From Octopus vulgaris (lineage: Eukaryota), in NCBI GenBank assembly GCA_951406725.2, contig OX597814.1, forward strand, positions 114,824,001-114,888,000: a stretch of 64,000 bases of DNA. The letters are read 5' to 3'. Under the pieces are notes generated by a model. It had not been told where the DNA came from. It saw only the letters and a program-made list of their open reading frames with translations, and ran no database searches. Below are positions 1-12,806 of this stretch, in pieces (position 1 is the first letter of the stretch; the number at the start of each line of letters is the position of its first letter). The translations under genes and the position numbers were made by a program.

Positions 1-1144
1 ACTCTACTCTAACTTAGGGGTCTAGTTGTTAGGATGTTTCACTCACGATCGTGATATGTCACTTCCATTACTGGACCAGTCTGTGTGTTGTGTCCTTGAA
101 CAAAACACTTCATTTCACGTTTCTCTAAACCATTCAGCTTCTTTATACGAAGCTCTGCAACAGACTGTTGTCCTTCTCAGGGAGAATGTTGTAACCTCGG
201 TCACTTACACGCCATGGAAACCAGGTAATTGGCCGTATGCATTTTAGGATTCGAGACAGTGTGTCCAGAGGTCGATTATAATGATGATGATGAGGATAAT
301 GGTGATGACTTCTGGCAAGCACTCGGGTGGGGTCTTCATTTTAAGAAAAAATTTCTTAATTTCCAAGTCAGAATAAAGGGTTATGGGTACTGTCTTTTCT
401 CTCGACTGACGAAGATAAAAATGAAATAAAAGGGCAAAGAGAGTTCAGTATTTTCTAAACTAAAAACATTCGATGAAATCATTAAATCCCATTTCATTAA
501 AAACATATTTTTACAAGAGACAGAAAACAAAGCATTAAAAGTATAAACGATCAAATAATCGAGAAAAAACAAAAATCACTTTCCTAAGGAGCCAAAGAAA
601 TAAAAAAAAAGGAGGGGGAAATTAGCAGATGTGGGGAGAGAGTAACGGGTTATACATCCCAGACCAAATCGCGGAAATGATTGCAAAGGGTTACCTCGGA
701 GAGTGTCCGGCGAAATTCACTGCAGCAGCGACCCCACCACGCGGGGTTCAATTCTCAGACAGGCTGCAGCTAAACTGATTCTGCGGTGGAAATCAGAATC
801 CCAGTATGAGATTGTTGAAAGGCAAATCCAACCCTAGCGTGATTTTAGGTCCAACCTGATCGCCATTTAACTAGCTCAGTAAAATATTGATTATGCCATT
901 CATTAATCTGGAGCGGGAATTAGGAAATTAGAAATATGATTCTGGTTTAGGCACTAGGCCAGAAATTTTGAGGGGAAGGGTTAGTCGATGCTATCGACAT
1001 CAGTACTTATCAGTTACTTTATTCTATTGATCCCCCATGAACAAAAGGAAGTGTTCAACTCTTCGAGTAGAACATTGTATTATAGAATAACGAATATTGA
1101 AGTGTCTATAATTTCACTAACACATGTGCGTGCACATCGATACA

Positions 1145-1180
<36 letters not shown>

Positions 1181-1728
1181 GTTATGTAAAAAGTTGGGTT
1201 GTGTTCAAAAGCATAACGGTGTTTGTGTCAAAAATCGAAACTTAACGATTCGAAAGTGTTTTTATGAAATATATGCTGAGATCGATGTAAACGACTAAAC
1301 ATTTGAAGGCGATGCCACAGCATGGCCGTAGTCTAATTACTGAAACCGTTGTTATTGTTGCTGTTGATTAACTTCATGTTAACCCTAATGGTGCATAGAA
1401 ATTTTGAAAGGTATTTTGACGGGATCAATTTCCTCTCAGTGGTCGTTTTATTGTACCTAACACGTAATTCAGTATTTTGAAGGCAGCAGAGTACGAATTG
1501 AGAAAGCTCTAGCTATTATTTCGAGCAAACAGAGCGACTGTACAGAGCCCTATTTTTCTTATATTATGATCTGAAATGTCGCCGGCCACTCTCCGAGGCA
1601 ACCCTTTTCAATCATTTCCGTGATGTGGTCTGGGATGTATAATGAGTTACTCTCTCCCCACATCTGCTAATTTCCCGCCCCCCACTTTTTCTTTGACTCC
1701 TTAGGAAAGTAATTTCCGATTTTTCTCA

Positions 1729-1934
1729 AGCTGGCAGAATCGTTAGCACACTGGACGAAATACTTAGCGGTATTTTTCCGTAGCTACGTTCTGAGTTCAA
1801 ATTCCGCCGAGGTCGATTTTGCCGTTCATCCTTTCGCGGTCGATAAATTAAGTACAAGTTGAGTACTGGGGTCGATCTAATCGACTGGCCCCGCCTTCCC
1901 CAAAATTCCGGGCCTTGTGCCTAGAGTAGAAAAG
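1729..1934 (+). mobile_element. SINE family A copy (tRNA-like head, gtcgactttgcctttcatcctttcggggtcgata central domain)
   Basis: Has agctggcagaatcgttagcac...gagttcaaattccgccgaggtcga (B-box-like GTTCAAAT) and the tail cttgtgcctagagtagaaaag. Matches more than 10 other copies in the window. Confidence 0.9.
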
Positions 1935-2429
1935 ATTATGACCTGAAATGTGGTGGCTGACAACATATATAGAGAACAGCAATATACAGCATACATACTT
2001 TGTGACTTTATTTTGCTTTTTGTTTCCCGCTAAATTCTGATCTTACCGAGCTTTGACTTTTCTTTTCATCTTTCCTGGTGTAATAAAATTAGTGCCAATC
2101 ATGTATCGGGGTCGATTTAATCGACTCTGTTCTCGTATCAATGTTTTTTAAAAATCAATATTTTTTCTTTGTTACATTTTCTCTCCGATGACAATAATTA
2201 TCCATTGAGAAATTCACTCAATCAATTTACATTATTTTCAAAATGGCAATTAGTCATGTCAATGTTCTGTTGATATCAGAATATTTTATAATAATTTGTC
2301 ATCTCTAATGTGACTAGTCGTTCTGTATAAAATATCTGCAGTTTATAGCTGAGGGAATTTATAATCATTAAAAAAAATCATGCTATATTATCTGATGAAC
2401 AGATATTTTCATTAAAAATATAAAAAAAA

Positions 2430-2500
<71 letters not shown>

Positions 2501-2692
2501 GACAAAGAAACAAATGCATTAAACTTCATGACTAAAATCACAATACTTTACTCACATCGATTCCAAAAGTACAGGATCCTTTCCAGGTGGCATTGGAAGA
2601 TAATTGATAAAGTGTCATATTCAACAACGGTCAAATAGTCAAACCCTGCTCGACTACCGGGCTATTAAGACATGGTTAATATATGAAACTGT

Positions 2693-2932
2693 GTGGAGGT
2701 CCATGGCTTAGTTTAGGGTGTCAGCATCATGATCGTAAGATTGTGGTTTCGATTCCTGGACCGGGCGACGCGTTGTGTTCTTGAGCAAAACACTTCATTT
2801 CACGTTGCTCCAGTCCACTCAGCTCGCAAAAATGAGTAACGCTGCGATGGACTGGGGAACACATACGCCATTGAAACCGGAAAACCGGGCCCATGAGCCT
2901 GGCTAGGCTTTAAATGGTGCATTTATTTTATC
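2693..2932 (+). mobile_element. tRNA-derived SINE (family C-type head) with 15-bp TSD
   Basis: A/B-box-like tggcttagt...gtttcgattcc. TSD aatatatgaaactgt at 2678-2692 and 2933-2947. Confidence 0.85.
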
Positions 2933-3967
2933 AATATATGAAACTGTATGACGAATGATGATAATTCAGTGCTTATTTTACTAAGGCAAGATGTTGATTT
3001 CGGTAGCTAGGGGTAATATGTTGTGTGTGTGTGTGTGTGTGTATATACATAATCACACACATATACGCGTATGCTAGTGTTATCTTTACGATGCTTGACA
3101 TATTGCTATATGACATTGTGGTTGGAGTGTTGGGTTCGCAATCATAAGGTTGTAATTTGGATTTCAGAATCGGGCGGCGTATTGGGTCCTAGAGCCAGGC
3201 ACTTCATTCCACAGTGCTCCAAATGAATATCAAATCATTGATGCTCCTTCCCCCGCTCTCTCTCTCTCTCTGACCCTGCTCTCACATCCCTGATGTTCCG
3301 TTCACTCATGGCTGAAAGGACGGAGTGAGTGAATTAGATAAAGCAGAGGTCATACCCGTGACGGCTAATTTTTTCACTTCTTTCAAAGAGCTTTTCTCTA
3401 TATATTTGATGATATGACTATGATCAAGTTCAAACGTCTTTGTTTTATTATATATTTTTCATATTTACTTATTCGACTTCATGCTTAATTTGGAACAACA
3501 ACATTCCTAAATCCGTTTACGTTTCAAGATATTTTCATGTCCCATCTTCTGATGGAAAATATAATAACGTTTTTGCCTCGTTTTCAAGCAGGTCGCAAGA
3601 AATCATGTGACACTTACCTCACCTTAGTTTTCACTCCTGCATTGTACTTTCTCGACCTCTTAATCAAAAATATTATTGTTCACAACCATTACGATGAGGG
3701 GTGGAGAAATAACATATTCGCTATAATTCCTAAATTCCTATATCCGGTACCTGCCAGCTGCTCATCAATATCGACAGTACGTGTATTAACTCGCATGCTT
3801 TTAAAACATTTTATTATAATTTAAAACTGCAACTTCTTTTCCTCCGAGTCATAATCTCCACCATCCCCACAACCACTACCATCATCGTTATCATCCTAGT
3901 CATTATAAAGAGCAAGTGCACTTATTTACATTAGACGGATATTTGTCCTCATCTTGTTTGTCGTTAT

Positions 3968-4010
3968 CACAACGTTTCAGCTGATATACCCTCCAGCCTT
4001 CATCAGGTGT
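3968..4010 (-). ncRNA. Minimal type-I hammerhead ribozyme motif
   Basis: Minus strand reads acac-CUGAUGA-a-ggcug(gaggguauau)cagcu-GAAACGUU-gug. Core intact, 5-bp stem II, palindromic AACGUU stem III, short cac/gug stem I. Confidence 0.65.
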
Positions 4011-4063
4011 CTTGGGGATATTTCGAACCTGGGTTCTCATTCCTGAGGTATTTTTCGATGTTG

Positions 4064-4129
<66 letters not shown>

Positions 4130-4150
4130 TCACTGCCTGGAATTGAAATC

Positions 4151-4226
4151 GGGCATATGGCGTAGTGATTAAGAGCGCAAACTACAAACCCCAAGATTCC
4201 GAGTTCGATTCCAGCAGTGAACTGAA
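4151..4226 (+). mobile_element. tRNA-like (Pol III) head, inverted relative to the hammerhead-bearing unit at 3922-4150
   Basis: A-box-like tggcgtagtg and B-box gagttcgattcc. Its 3' part (ttccagcagtgaactgaat) is the reverse complement of 4122-4143. Confidence 0.7.
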
Positions 4227-4340
4227 TTCCTCGGCGGAATTTGAACTCAGATCGTAGCGACGGGCGAAATACCAGTAAGCATTTCGTTCAGCGTGCTAAC
4301 GATAATAATAACAATAATAATAATAAAAATAATAATAATA

Positions 4341-4731
4341 ATAGCAAGAGCTCTCAGAGAGCGCAAACCTTCGCCAAGGTAACAGCAACGTCCTCTCAAC
4401 GATTAGACGGAGATGATTTTTAGAATGAGAATATCTGAAATAAACTCGACTGCTCTCACAAACGAGAATACTCAAAATGAACCCGACCGATCTCAAAAAT
4501 TAAGTAAAGAAATTACACGAAAAATAATCCAGAATCCTTGTCCAAAATCTAATCAGTACGTGCTAGTCACGAAGCTAAACATCCCTGAAAGTTTCATCCG
4601 AATCCATCCAGCGGTTCTTGAGATATCTTGTCCACGGACAAGCAAACACGAGTGAAAACAATACCTTCATCTTCGCTAAGGCTTTCATTAATAAAACAAT
4701 ACCTTCATCTTCGCTAAGGCTTTCATTAATA
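4341..4731. mobile_element. Probable non-autonomous Helentron/DINE-like element, ending in a 38-bp tandem duplication
   Basis: Start (agcaagagctctcagagagcgcaaaccttcgccaagg) and end (aataccttcatcttcgctaaggc) share a subterminal motif. aaaacaataccttcatcttcgctaaggctttcattaat occurs twice. Family assignment is from memory. Confidence 0.45.
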
Positions 4732-4994
4732 AAATTTTTAATTATATCGGATTATGAATTGTACTAATTAATCTGTTACTAAAGAATTTTGAGCAGACAT
4801 TTCTGTTAGTACCATAGAAAGATAAACATGGTGTTTTTCGAATAAAAATCTGTTCAGCTGATATAAATATTTTATATAAAAATCGAACCTGCTGTTAAAT
4901 CTGAATCTCTATGAGGTCGTTCTGTATGCTAGAAATAATAACCTAATAATCCCCAAATCACACGTTAAGATAAAGAACAGAAAAGAAAGTATGC

Positions 4995-5171
4995 AGGCGT
5001 AGGAGTGGCTGTGTGGTAAGTAGCTTGCTTACCAACCACATGGTTCCGGCTTCAGTCCCGCTGCGTGGCACCTTGGGCAAGTGTCTTCTACTATAGCCTC
5101 GGGCTGACCAAAGTCTTGTGAATGGATTTGGTAGACGGAAACTGAAAGAAACCTGTCGTATATATGTATGC

Positions 5172-5240
<69 letters not shown>

Positions 5241-5441
5241 TGTGTCTGTGTTTGTCCCCCCCAACATTGCTTGACAACCGATGCTGGTGTGTTTACGTCC
5301 TCGTAACTTAGCGGTTCGGCAAAAGAGACCGTTGGAATAAGTATTAGGCTTACAAAGAAGAAGTCCTGGGGTCGATTTGCTCGACTAAAGGCGGTGCTCC
5401 AGCATGGTCACAGTCAAATGACTAAAACAAGTAAAAGAGTA
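4995..5441 (+). mobile_element. SINE family B (tRNA head, CORE-like accttgggcaagt, internal microsatellite)
   Basis: Reads ggcgtaggagtggctgtgtggtaag...gcaccttgggcaagtgtc...(TA)n(TG)n...gtcaaatgactaaaacaagtaaaagag. Several near-identical copies occur in the window. Confidence 0.9.
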
Positions 5442-7279
5442 GTACTGAATAATGTAGTTGTAGATCTAAAAAAAAAAAGACTGGATTGGTTTCTTGTATC
5501 AAGGCCGATCAAAAACAAGAAAAACTCCAAAAAATGTAAGTAGTAACTTGTTAAAACAAAAGATATGTTACTTTTACTGACACAGTATTGGGTTGTTTGT
5601 TATATGGAATAGGAAAAGCAATATGGTCTATAACTAAGCTGTGGCGTTCTCGAATGTTCTTCATGTTTCCATTTTACCCTATAGCTCATAGTCAATGTTA
5701 TTCTAACATGATGGCGGCGCGCTTCAAGTGTATATTTATAATTACATGCTATCAGCTGTTTCTTATACATCCCCCGTAATCTTTACGTACGTTCTCGTGA
5801 CCTCGTGTAATGTTAATTATTTTACTTCTATATATAAGATGCATGGGATGATGGACTTTCTCATAGAGTAATGTCATGTTTATAAATTTCAGCTTTGTGG
5901 GCGAAAGAACTATTTATATATATTACGTACTCTTCGTTACAAACAATCTTTTTCTCTTTTTTGCTGTGTCTTTATTTCATTTTCTCATTGGTATTAGTTC
6001 TGATCCTTATCTTTGTTATTTTCCACTCTCTAATAAAAACTACTCCCACTTACATTATCTGTTACACTTTAGCAGGCAATCTCTGTTTTTACAAGGAAGG
6101 AATTTCAACCGTGTTTTATAGTCTGCTACCACAACAGCTCCTTTATAGGATCCAGTTAGCTCAAGGCATCATCAGGAGAGGAACCACGTCTTGTCTCGGC
6201 CTCTACTCCTCTACTGTTTTGACGTGGAGCCCCCGTTCCTTTCGGAGGTGTCTTCAGCTCTGGTGTTGGGTGCATGTGCCTTCTTTCTTCTTTCTTCTGT
6301 TCCCTGGCCATTTCGATGTAGTGTCAACGAGTGTCAGCAGACGATTGATTGTCTTGTCAAATTTCCCTTTAAATACCAGCTGCCAGTCTCCAGCGGACAG
6401 CCCCAGCAAGTTGTCATGTGACACTGTCTCAACTTTAACTGACCAATGAAGGCGCGTAGTCTTAGCCCACGCATTCTCTAAGTGTCACCTGTCAATCAGT
6501 GAAGCTAATTCAGTGTCAGCTTGTCTCACCTAGTGATGTTATTTTCTGCCGGCATGTTTTGACTTTCAAGCCATTTTTGGTCTTCTCGCTTCAGCCATAT
6601 ATAGAAGCTACAATTGAGTTGCATTTTCCACAAGCTTTGCCTCTTGTGACTATTTATGATTTTACGAGCCAACGAGGCAGATAGTGGAAGACATAGCAGC
6701 CAAATCATTCTTGAACTCACTACACCATCTTAACCAACACAACCCCAAAACCGATCAGTTGTTCATACCTGGAATGTATTTAATCATAGACTCACTATAT
6801 TCTCTGACTGTATCTCATGCAAATATAAAGTCTTCTGTAAATAAATCTTAGCTCATAAAATAACGCAATATTAAATTAAAACATTTCAACCTGTAACCGC
6901 TAAGTGTGTATCCCACCAAGAATTTAATGAAGTCCTTTCTCTCTCGCATCTTGTTAGTACTGTTTCTATATAGTTCTGTACATACTTATTATATTCTCAG
7001 ACTCTATATATCATCATTTTTGAGATTGGAAGGCATTTTCAATGTTAATGAATCATGCTTTTCTTGTAAAAGTGAAAGAATTTATTGGGAGTTGTATGGA
7101 ATCCTTGAAGTGAGCGAGATGATAGCTGCGACTCGGTGCGAAACAGACTGTGAAACTCGTGCAACGTATTGAGGGTAGATAGTAACTCTTCAGAAGATCG
7201 CATTTACTAACAACCCAGAAAGATAATCCCATCAGGTATAACACCACCATCACCAACAACAAGTAAAATTGGTGTAATT

Positions 7280-7910
7280 CTTTTCTCCTCTAGTCACAAG
7301 GACAAAGATTTGGGGAGGGGGCCAGTCGAATAGATCCATCCCAGTACGCAACCGGTACTTAATGAGCTGGCAGAAACGTTAGCACGCCGGGCGAAATGCT
7401 GAGCGGTATTTCGTCTGTCGCAACGTTGTGAGTTCAAATTCCGCCGAAGTCGACTTTGCCTTTCATCCTATCGGGGCCCATAAATTAAGTACTAGTTACG
7501 CACTGAGGTCGATGTAATCGACTTAATACCTATGTCTGTCCTTATTTGTCCCCTCTATGTTTAGCCCCTTGTGGGTAATAAAGAAATAGGTACTTAATTT
7601 ATCGATCCCGAAAGGATGAAAGGCAAAGTCGACCTCGGCGGAATTTGAACTCAGAACGTAAAGACAGACGAAATACCTATTTCTTTATTACCCACAAGGG
7701 GCTAAACATAGAGGGGACAAACAAAGACAGACATAGGTATTAAGTTGATTACATCGACCCCAGTGCGTAACTGGTACTTAATTTATCGACCCCGACAGGA
7801 TGAGAGGCAAAGTCGACCTCGGCGGAATTTGAACTCACAACGTAACGACAGGCGAAATACCGCTAAGCATTTCGCCCAGCGTGCTAACGTTTCTACCAGC
7901 TCGCCGCCTT
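7280..7910 (-). mobile_element. SINE A heterodimer with a nested opposite-strand SINE A (7364-7588)
   Basis: Outer TSD agtaaaattggt.. at 7262 and 7911. Inner TSD ggtacttaat at 7354-7363 and 7589-7598. Confidence 0.85.
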
Positions 7911-8615
7911 AGTAAAATTGGTATTATTGTTATCTCTGCCATACAAAACGAACGGCAATAGAAATATATTTTATGGAGCGAAAAGATTTTGTCACTCTTG
8001 CCATTCAAGAAACAATAATTCAAGAATCATTCATACTCCTGGAATATTGAATATTCACCATTCCAAGTTATAATCTTATTAGATTAGGCCTAAAATTGTA
8101 AAACAAACAAACACACACACACACACACATACACACACACGCACACGCACACGCACACACACACGCGCGCGCGCTGCATATCTAACACTATTATCTTCAT
8201 ACAACATCCTATCAGATTACATGTCCCAGTTACAGCACTTCAACACTGTCACAAGCACTACCATCGAAAGAGAGATAGATTTTTCAATGTACAAAAAATC
8301 TTCGTGGTTTTTCAAATGATGTAAAGAGCACTAAAATCGCAACTACACACGGACATATCTCATCAAGCCAACTACCATAACTCTGTATGACTCATCTTTT
8401 GCAACATGTCTCTAACTACGATAAATACCTAGAAAAAGATTCGCCAACTCTCCTCGGATCATATAATTATTTTCTTCACGGCACATTTGCCCACCATGAA
8501 TTCACCAAAAACACTTTTACAAAACCGAAAACAAAGCGCTATTGAAATACTTGCCAGCGTATTTTTCTTTTTCCTTTCCACAATCGTATTATATTTCTCT
8601 TTATATTTCCTTATA

Positions 8616-9868
8616 CGGGGGGCGTTCAATAAGTAATGCCCCTGACCCACTTCCCATAGCAGTAGAGCAACGACACTTGGCACAGATATTAGACTTTTCC
8701 TACATAGGAACTACCCAGAGTTATGCATTTCTCCCATCGTTTGATACAGCTCTGGAGACCGTTTTTGTAGAAGACCCCAGCTTGGTCCTCCAACCACGAC
8801 GTGACTTCAGAAATCAAGGCTGCATCATCTGGGAAACGCTTTCCTTTCAAAATCAACTTCATGGCTGGGAAGAGGTGAAAATCAGAGGGTGCAAGGGGAG
8901 GAGTTCAAAGCTGCACGCCTGTGCTTCTGATCTGCTGACACGCGAGTTGTGGACCGGAGCGTTGTCCTGCAGGAGGAGGATGCCTTTGCTGATCTTGCCC
9001 TGCCTCTTGATTTTGATAGCTTCTCTTAATTTCCTCAAAAGTGAAGCATAATAGGCTCCTGTAATTGTGGTACCCTTTGCAAGGAAATCTGTCATCACTA
9101 CTCCGTCCTGGTCCCAGAAGACTGTGAGCATAACCTTGTCAGCGGAGGGCTGCACCCTTGCCTTCTTTGGAGCAGGTGAGTCACGGTGCTTTCACTGCAT
9201 TGACTGGGCTTTGGTCTATGGATCATAGTGATGGACCCAGGTCTCATCCTGTGTAATCAGTCTTTTGAAAAATTTTGACTCATCTTCTTGGCACATCTCC
9301 AAATTCATCCTCGAGCACTCAACGCATTCTTGCTTCTAGAAAGGTGTGAGCAACCTGGAAATCCATCTGGCAGACACATTTTGCATATGCAAATGGTCAT
9401 GAATGATAGTTTCCACAGACCCGGTACTAATCTTGACCTTATGGGCTATTTGGCGAATAGTTATGCGTTGACCTTCCAAAATGGCAGCCTCAACTTGACG
9501 GACAGACGTCTCATCAACGGCAGAAGGGGGCGACCAGATCTGGGAGCTGTTTCCACAGAGTTCCGTCTATGTTTGAATTCACAATGCCAGCGTTTTACAA
9601 GGTCATATGATGGGGCATCATCACCATAAGTTACTTTCATTTCATCAAAAGTCTCCCGTGGTGTGCGTCCTCTCAAATACAAAAACCGGATCACTGCTCG
9701 ACACTCAACAGGCTCCATTTCACACTTGACTCAGTTCAAACACCTGTAAATCAGAAACCACAATTAGTTCAGAGCTGTAATTCGCCCCTTAATATATAGA
9801 GGTATAAATATGTGCACATGCAAACAACTGCAAGTGGGTCAGGGGCATTACTTAATGAACGCCCCTCG
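8616..9868 (-). mobile_element. Full-length mariner (DD34D-type) DNA transposon, inactivated
   Basis: About 37-bp TIRs cg(g/a)ggggcgttca(a/t)taagtaatgcccctgacccactt, TA flanks at 8614-8615 and 9869-9870, length about 1.25 kb. Confidence 0.95.
8700..9718 (-). pseudogene. Mariner transposase pseudogene
   Basis: Reads MEPVECRAVIRFLYL...PRSGRP, LITQDETWVHHYDP, KVMLTVFWD, LLQDNAPVH. Contains frameshifts and stops, and the YSPDL region is disrupted. Confidence 0.92.
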
Positions 9869-10244
9869 TACAATTGATTGAAACTGAATTCTATTTCAGA
9901 TTTATGTATTTTTGTCATTGTGTACTCGAGTGTATTTCCTGTGTGACGTGTGTGTGTGTGTGAGAGTTCTCAAAGGTGCATGGCCTAGTTGTTAGGGTAT
10001 TGCACTCATGATCGTTTCATAATTCGTTCGATTCTCGGACCGGGTAGCGTGTTGTGTTCTTGAGCAACGTGAAAGTTCCTTTCACGTTGCTCCAGTCCAC
10101 TCAAGTGTGATGGCACAGCTTTCCGATCGGTGAAAGGAATGTTGTCCTGCTCACCAAGCCACCAGGGTGGCATCATTCAAAACCTAAAAGAAGTGCATTG
10201 TGACCAGCGAAGTATAACAACATCCAATACTGTGATCGATACTG

Positions 10245-10302
<58 letters not shown>

Positions 10303-10419
10303 GGAAGATAGCATTTTTATTAATCACGACAAAATATATACACGTTTAAATCAAATAATTGTCAGAAAGAATGCTCAACACCTCATTGGTGGATAAATAT
10401 TCTTTATTTGTGGGTTAAC

Positions 10420-10473
10420 CAGGCTACCATTGGTTTCATGTTAAGAGATAACTCTTAACAGTTCTCAAGCCTG
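10420..10473 (-). ncRNA. Type-I hammerhead ribozyme, U3-A8 core variant
   Basis: Minus strand reads caggc-UUGAGAA-c-uguuaagag(uuau)cucuuaaca-u-GAA-acc(aau)ggu-A-gccug. Perfect 5-bp stem I, 9-bp stem II, 3-bp stem III, GUA cleavage triplet. Confidence 0.75.
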
Positions 10474-10507
10474 TCATGTGGGAAGTTGGTGTTCGTCTCC
10501 CTTCATA

Positions 10508-10547
<40 letters not shown>

Positions 10548-11782
10548 GTACACGTGTGCACACACATGTAAAAGTGAACGTAACAGAAAATGATCATGTT
10601 ACTTTCAATAATTTAGTAAGCATTACTGGAAACCTTATCTGTCTCTCTTTCTCTCTCTCTCTCTATATATATATATAATGTGTGTGCATGTATACACACA
10701 TATATATGCATGCGTACATATCCATAGTTACATATGATATTCATATTGTTCAGCTTAGCATCTTAAGAAATATATTATATAGTGTGTGTATATATATATA
10801 TAGAAGCAAATGAAATCTCTACTACATTGTATTGTGTTTTGTTTTAGCTTCTAAATATATTTTAATGCTCTTAGTAACAAGAAGAAAGTAACGCTATATA
10901 TTTTTTGTTTCTTTCTAAAGAAATAAATATAAAAACGGCTGTGCTACTTTCCTCACATACTTAATAATATCTATGTGCGTGTTATCACCAATTTTACATT
11001 CGACTATGTGAGAAACAAAGCCAAAAGCAAACAATTCCTTGTCAATTACAATAAGGTAAAAATAAAAAAAAGCTTACTCTTATAAAGCTTTTTAGTTATT
11101 TTCCATTACCTACATCTAATGTGTTTTTCATCAATAACACTGCACACTTGATAAATACGGATTAAAATACTTCCTTGTATCCAACTTTCCACGCACACCT
11201 ACACATACGGATATGAAAAGTAAATGGATCTCTGTCGCTTTCGGCGATGCGTATTCCAGTTTTTCAATTAACTGAATTGCCAAATCATTGAATTAGTTTG
11301 TTAATGGTGAAGTATTTCACAAATACGTATGCTATCAATATATTTTTCTGGAAGAATCAGCGTGACATATTGGGTGACATGAATCAGTGTGTAAAATAGC
11401 TGCGTAAAGTTTATTTAACTCATAATCATTTTGTCTAGCTAAAGCTATGACAAAAGATGCACAGTGTGATCGAACCAGGGACACCATGATCAAGTTGCGA
11501 GTTTCTTAGCACGTCAGCTATCCCTGCATCCTTACGCAGTTGTTTCAAATTTTCGAATGAGGTCAGCAATTTTACAGGGGTGCTAAGTTGATCGCATCGA
11601 TCACGGTGCTCCACTGGTAAATGTTTTATCAACCCAAATAATCAAAGGCAGAGGCCACCTCAGTAGAATTTGAACTCAAGACGACGTACATAACGCGTTC
11701 ACGTATGATGAAGGATTTCTCTTATCAATTTTGACGTATGAGCTCTGTCATTCTATCACGTAGACAAACTACTCACTAGATT

Positions 11783-12163
11783 CTTTTCTACTCTAGGCAC
11801 AAGGCTCGAAATTTTGTGGGAGGGGAGCCGATTAGATCGACCCCAGTGCATAACTGGTACGTAATTTATTGACCCCGAAAGGATGAAAGGCAAAGTCGAC
11901 CTCGGCGGAATTTGAACTCGGAACGTAGTGGCAGAAGAAATACCTATTCCTTTACTGCCCGCAAGGAGCTAAACACAGAGGGAGCAAACAAGGACAGACA
12001 CACGGATTAAGTCGATTACATCGACCCCAGTGTGTAACTGGTAATTATTTAATCGACCCCGAAAGGATTAAAGGCAAAGTCGACCTCGGCGGAATTTGAA
12101 CGCAGACGAAATACTGCTAAGCATTTTCCCCGGCGTGCTAACGTTTCTGCCAGCTCGCCGCCT
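11783..12163 (-). mobile_element. SINE A heterodimer with 16-bp TSD
   Basis: TSD aactactca(c/t)tagatt at 11767-11782 and 12164-12179. Internal junction aaatacc|tatt near 11945. Confidence 0.88.
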
Positions 12164-12735
12164 AACTACTCATTAGATTAGCGTGCAAAGTAGCTCACTA
12201 TTCTACAGCCACGTGTGCCTGTTACGTACCTCGTCAGAAGAATCAAAGTAACACAGATTTGATATGCCTGGGCATATAGATTGCTGTTAATGTCTCTCTG
12301 ACAGGATTCCTCACAATTTCCATCTACCTGTATTCAATGACAAAGCTTTGTTTGTGTCACGGTTACCATAAATACACTAGCCCATGATGCCAGACAGTAG
12401 AATCGAACCCGGCATTTCATAACTGAAGCGAAATTGAAATTCCAGCAATGCATCCGTCCATACATATATATGTGTGTGGGGTGTATGTATGTGTATATAT
12501 ATATATATATATATATAACTAATGTAGGATAATTTTTTTTTTTTTGGAGAAAAAAATTTTATCAATGGCCAGCATATCAAAAAAATATTTTTAAAGGTTA
12601 AATTTATAAATAATTTACAAAATAGGTGCAAAAGAAAAATTCTAATGCCAAATATGCCGAAAAAAAGACAAAATTGTCAATAACCATTATAATTTATGCG
12701 TCTCGAAACAAACCGATGGAAATTTCTAAAAATTC

Positions 12736-12806
12736 CGTTATTACCGTATTGGTCCCAATTTCGGGGTTAATTCATAAGAATTTTCCCCTCTTCAGCGATA
12801 AATACG
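12736..12806 (-). ncRNA. Type-I hammerhead ribozyme
   Basis: Minus strand reads cguauuuaucg-CUGAAGA-gggg(aaaauucuuaugaauuaa)cccc-GAA-auugg(ga)ccaau-A-cgguaauaacg. Canonical core, all three stems, AUA triplet. Confidence 0.8.

Noticed and set aside
5895-6800. 184-aa ORF, and a minus-strand IKYIPG motif hinting at LTR-retrotransposon pol
   Set aside because: No recognisable domain, and one short motif amid stop codons is insufficient.
8542-9629. Plus-strand ORFs of 169 aa and 113 aa
   Set aside because: They are antisense shadows of the mariner transposase.
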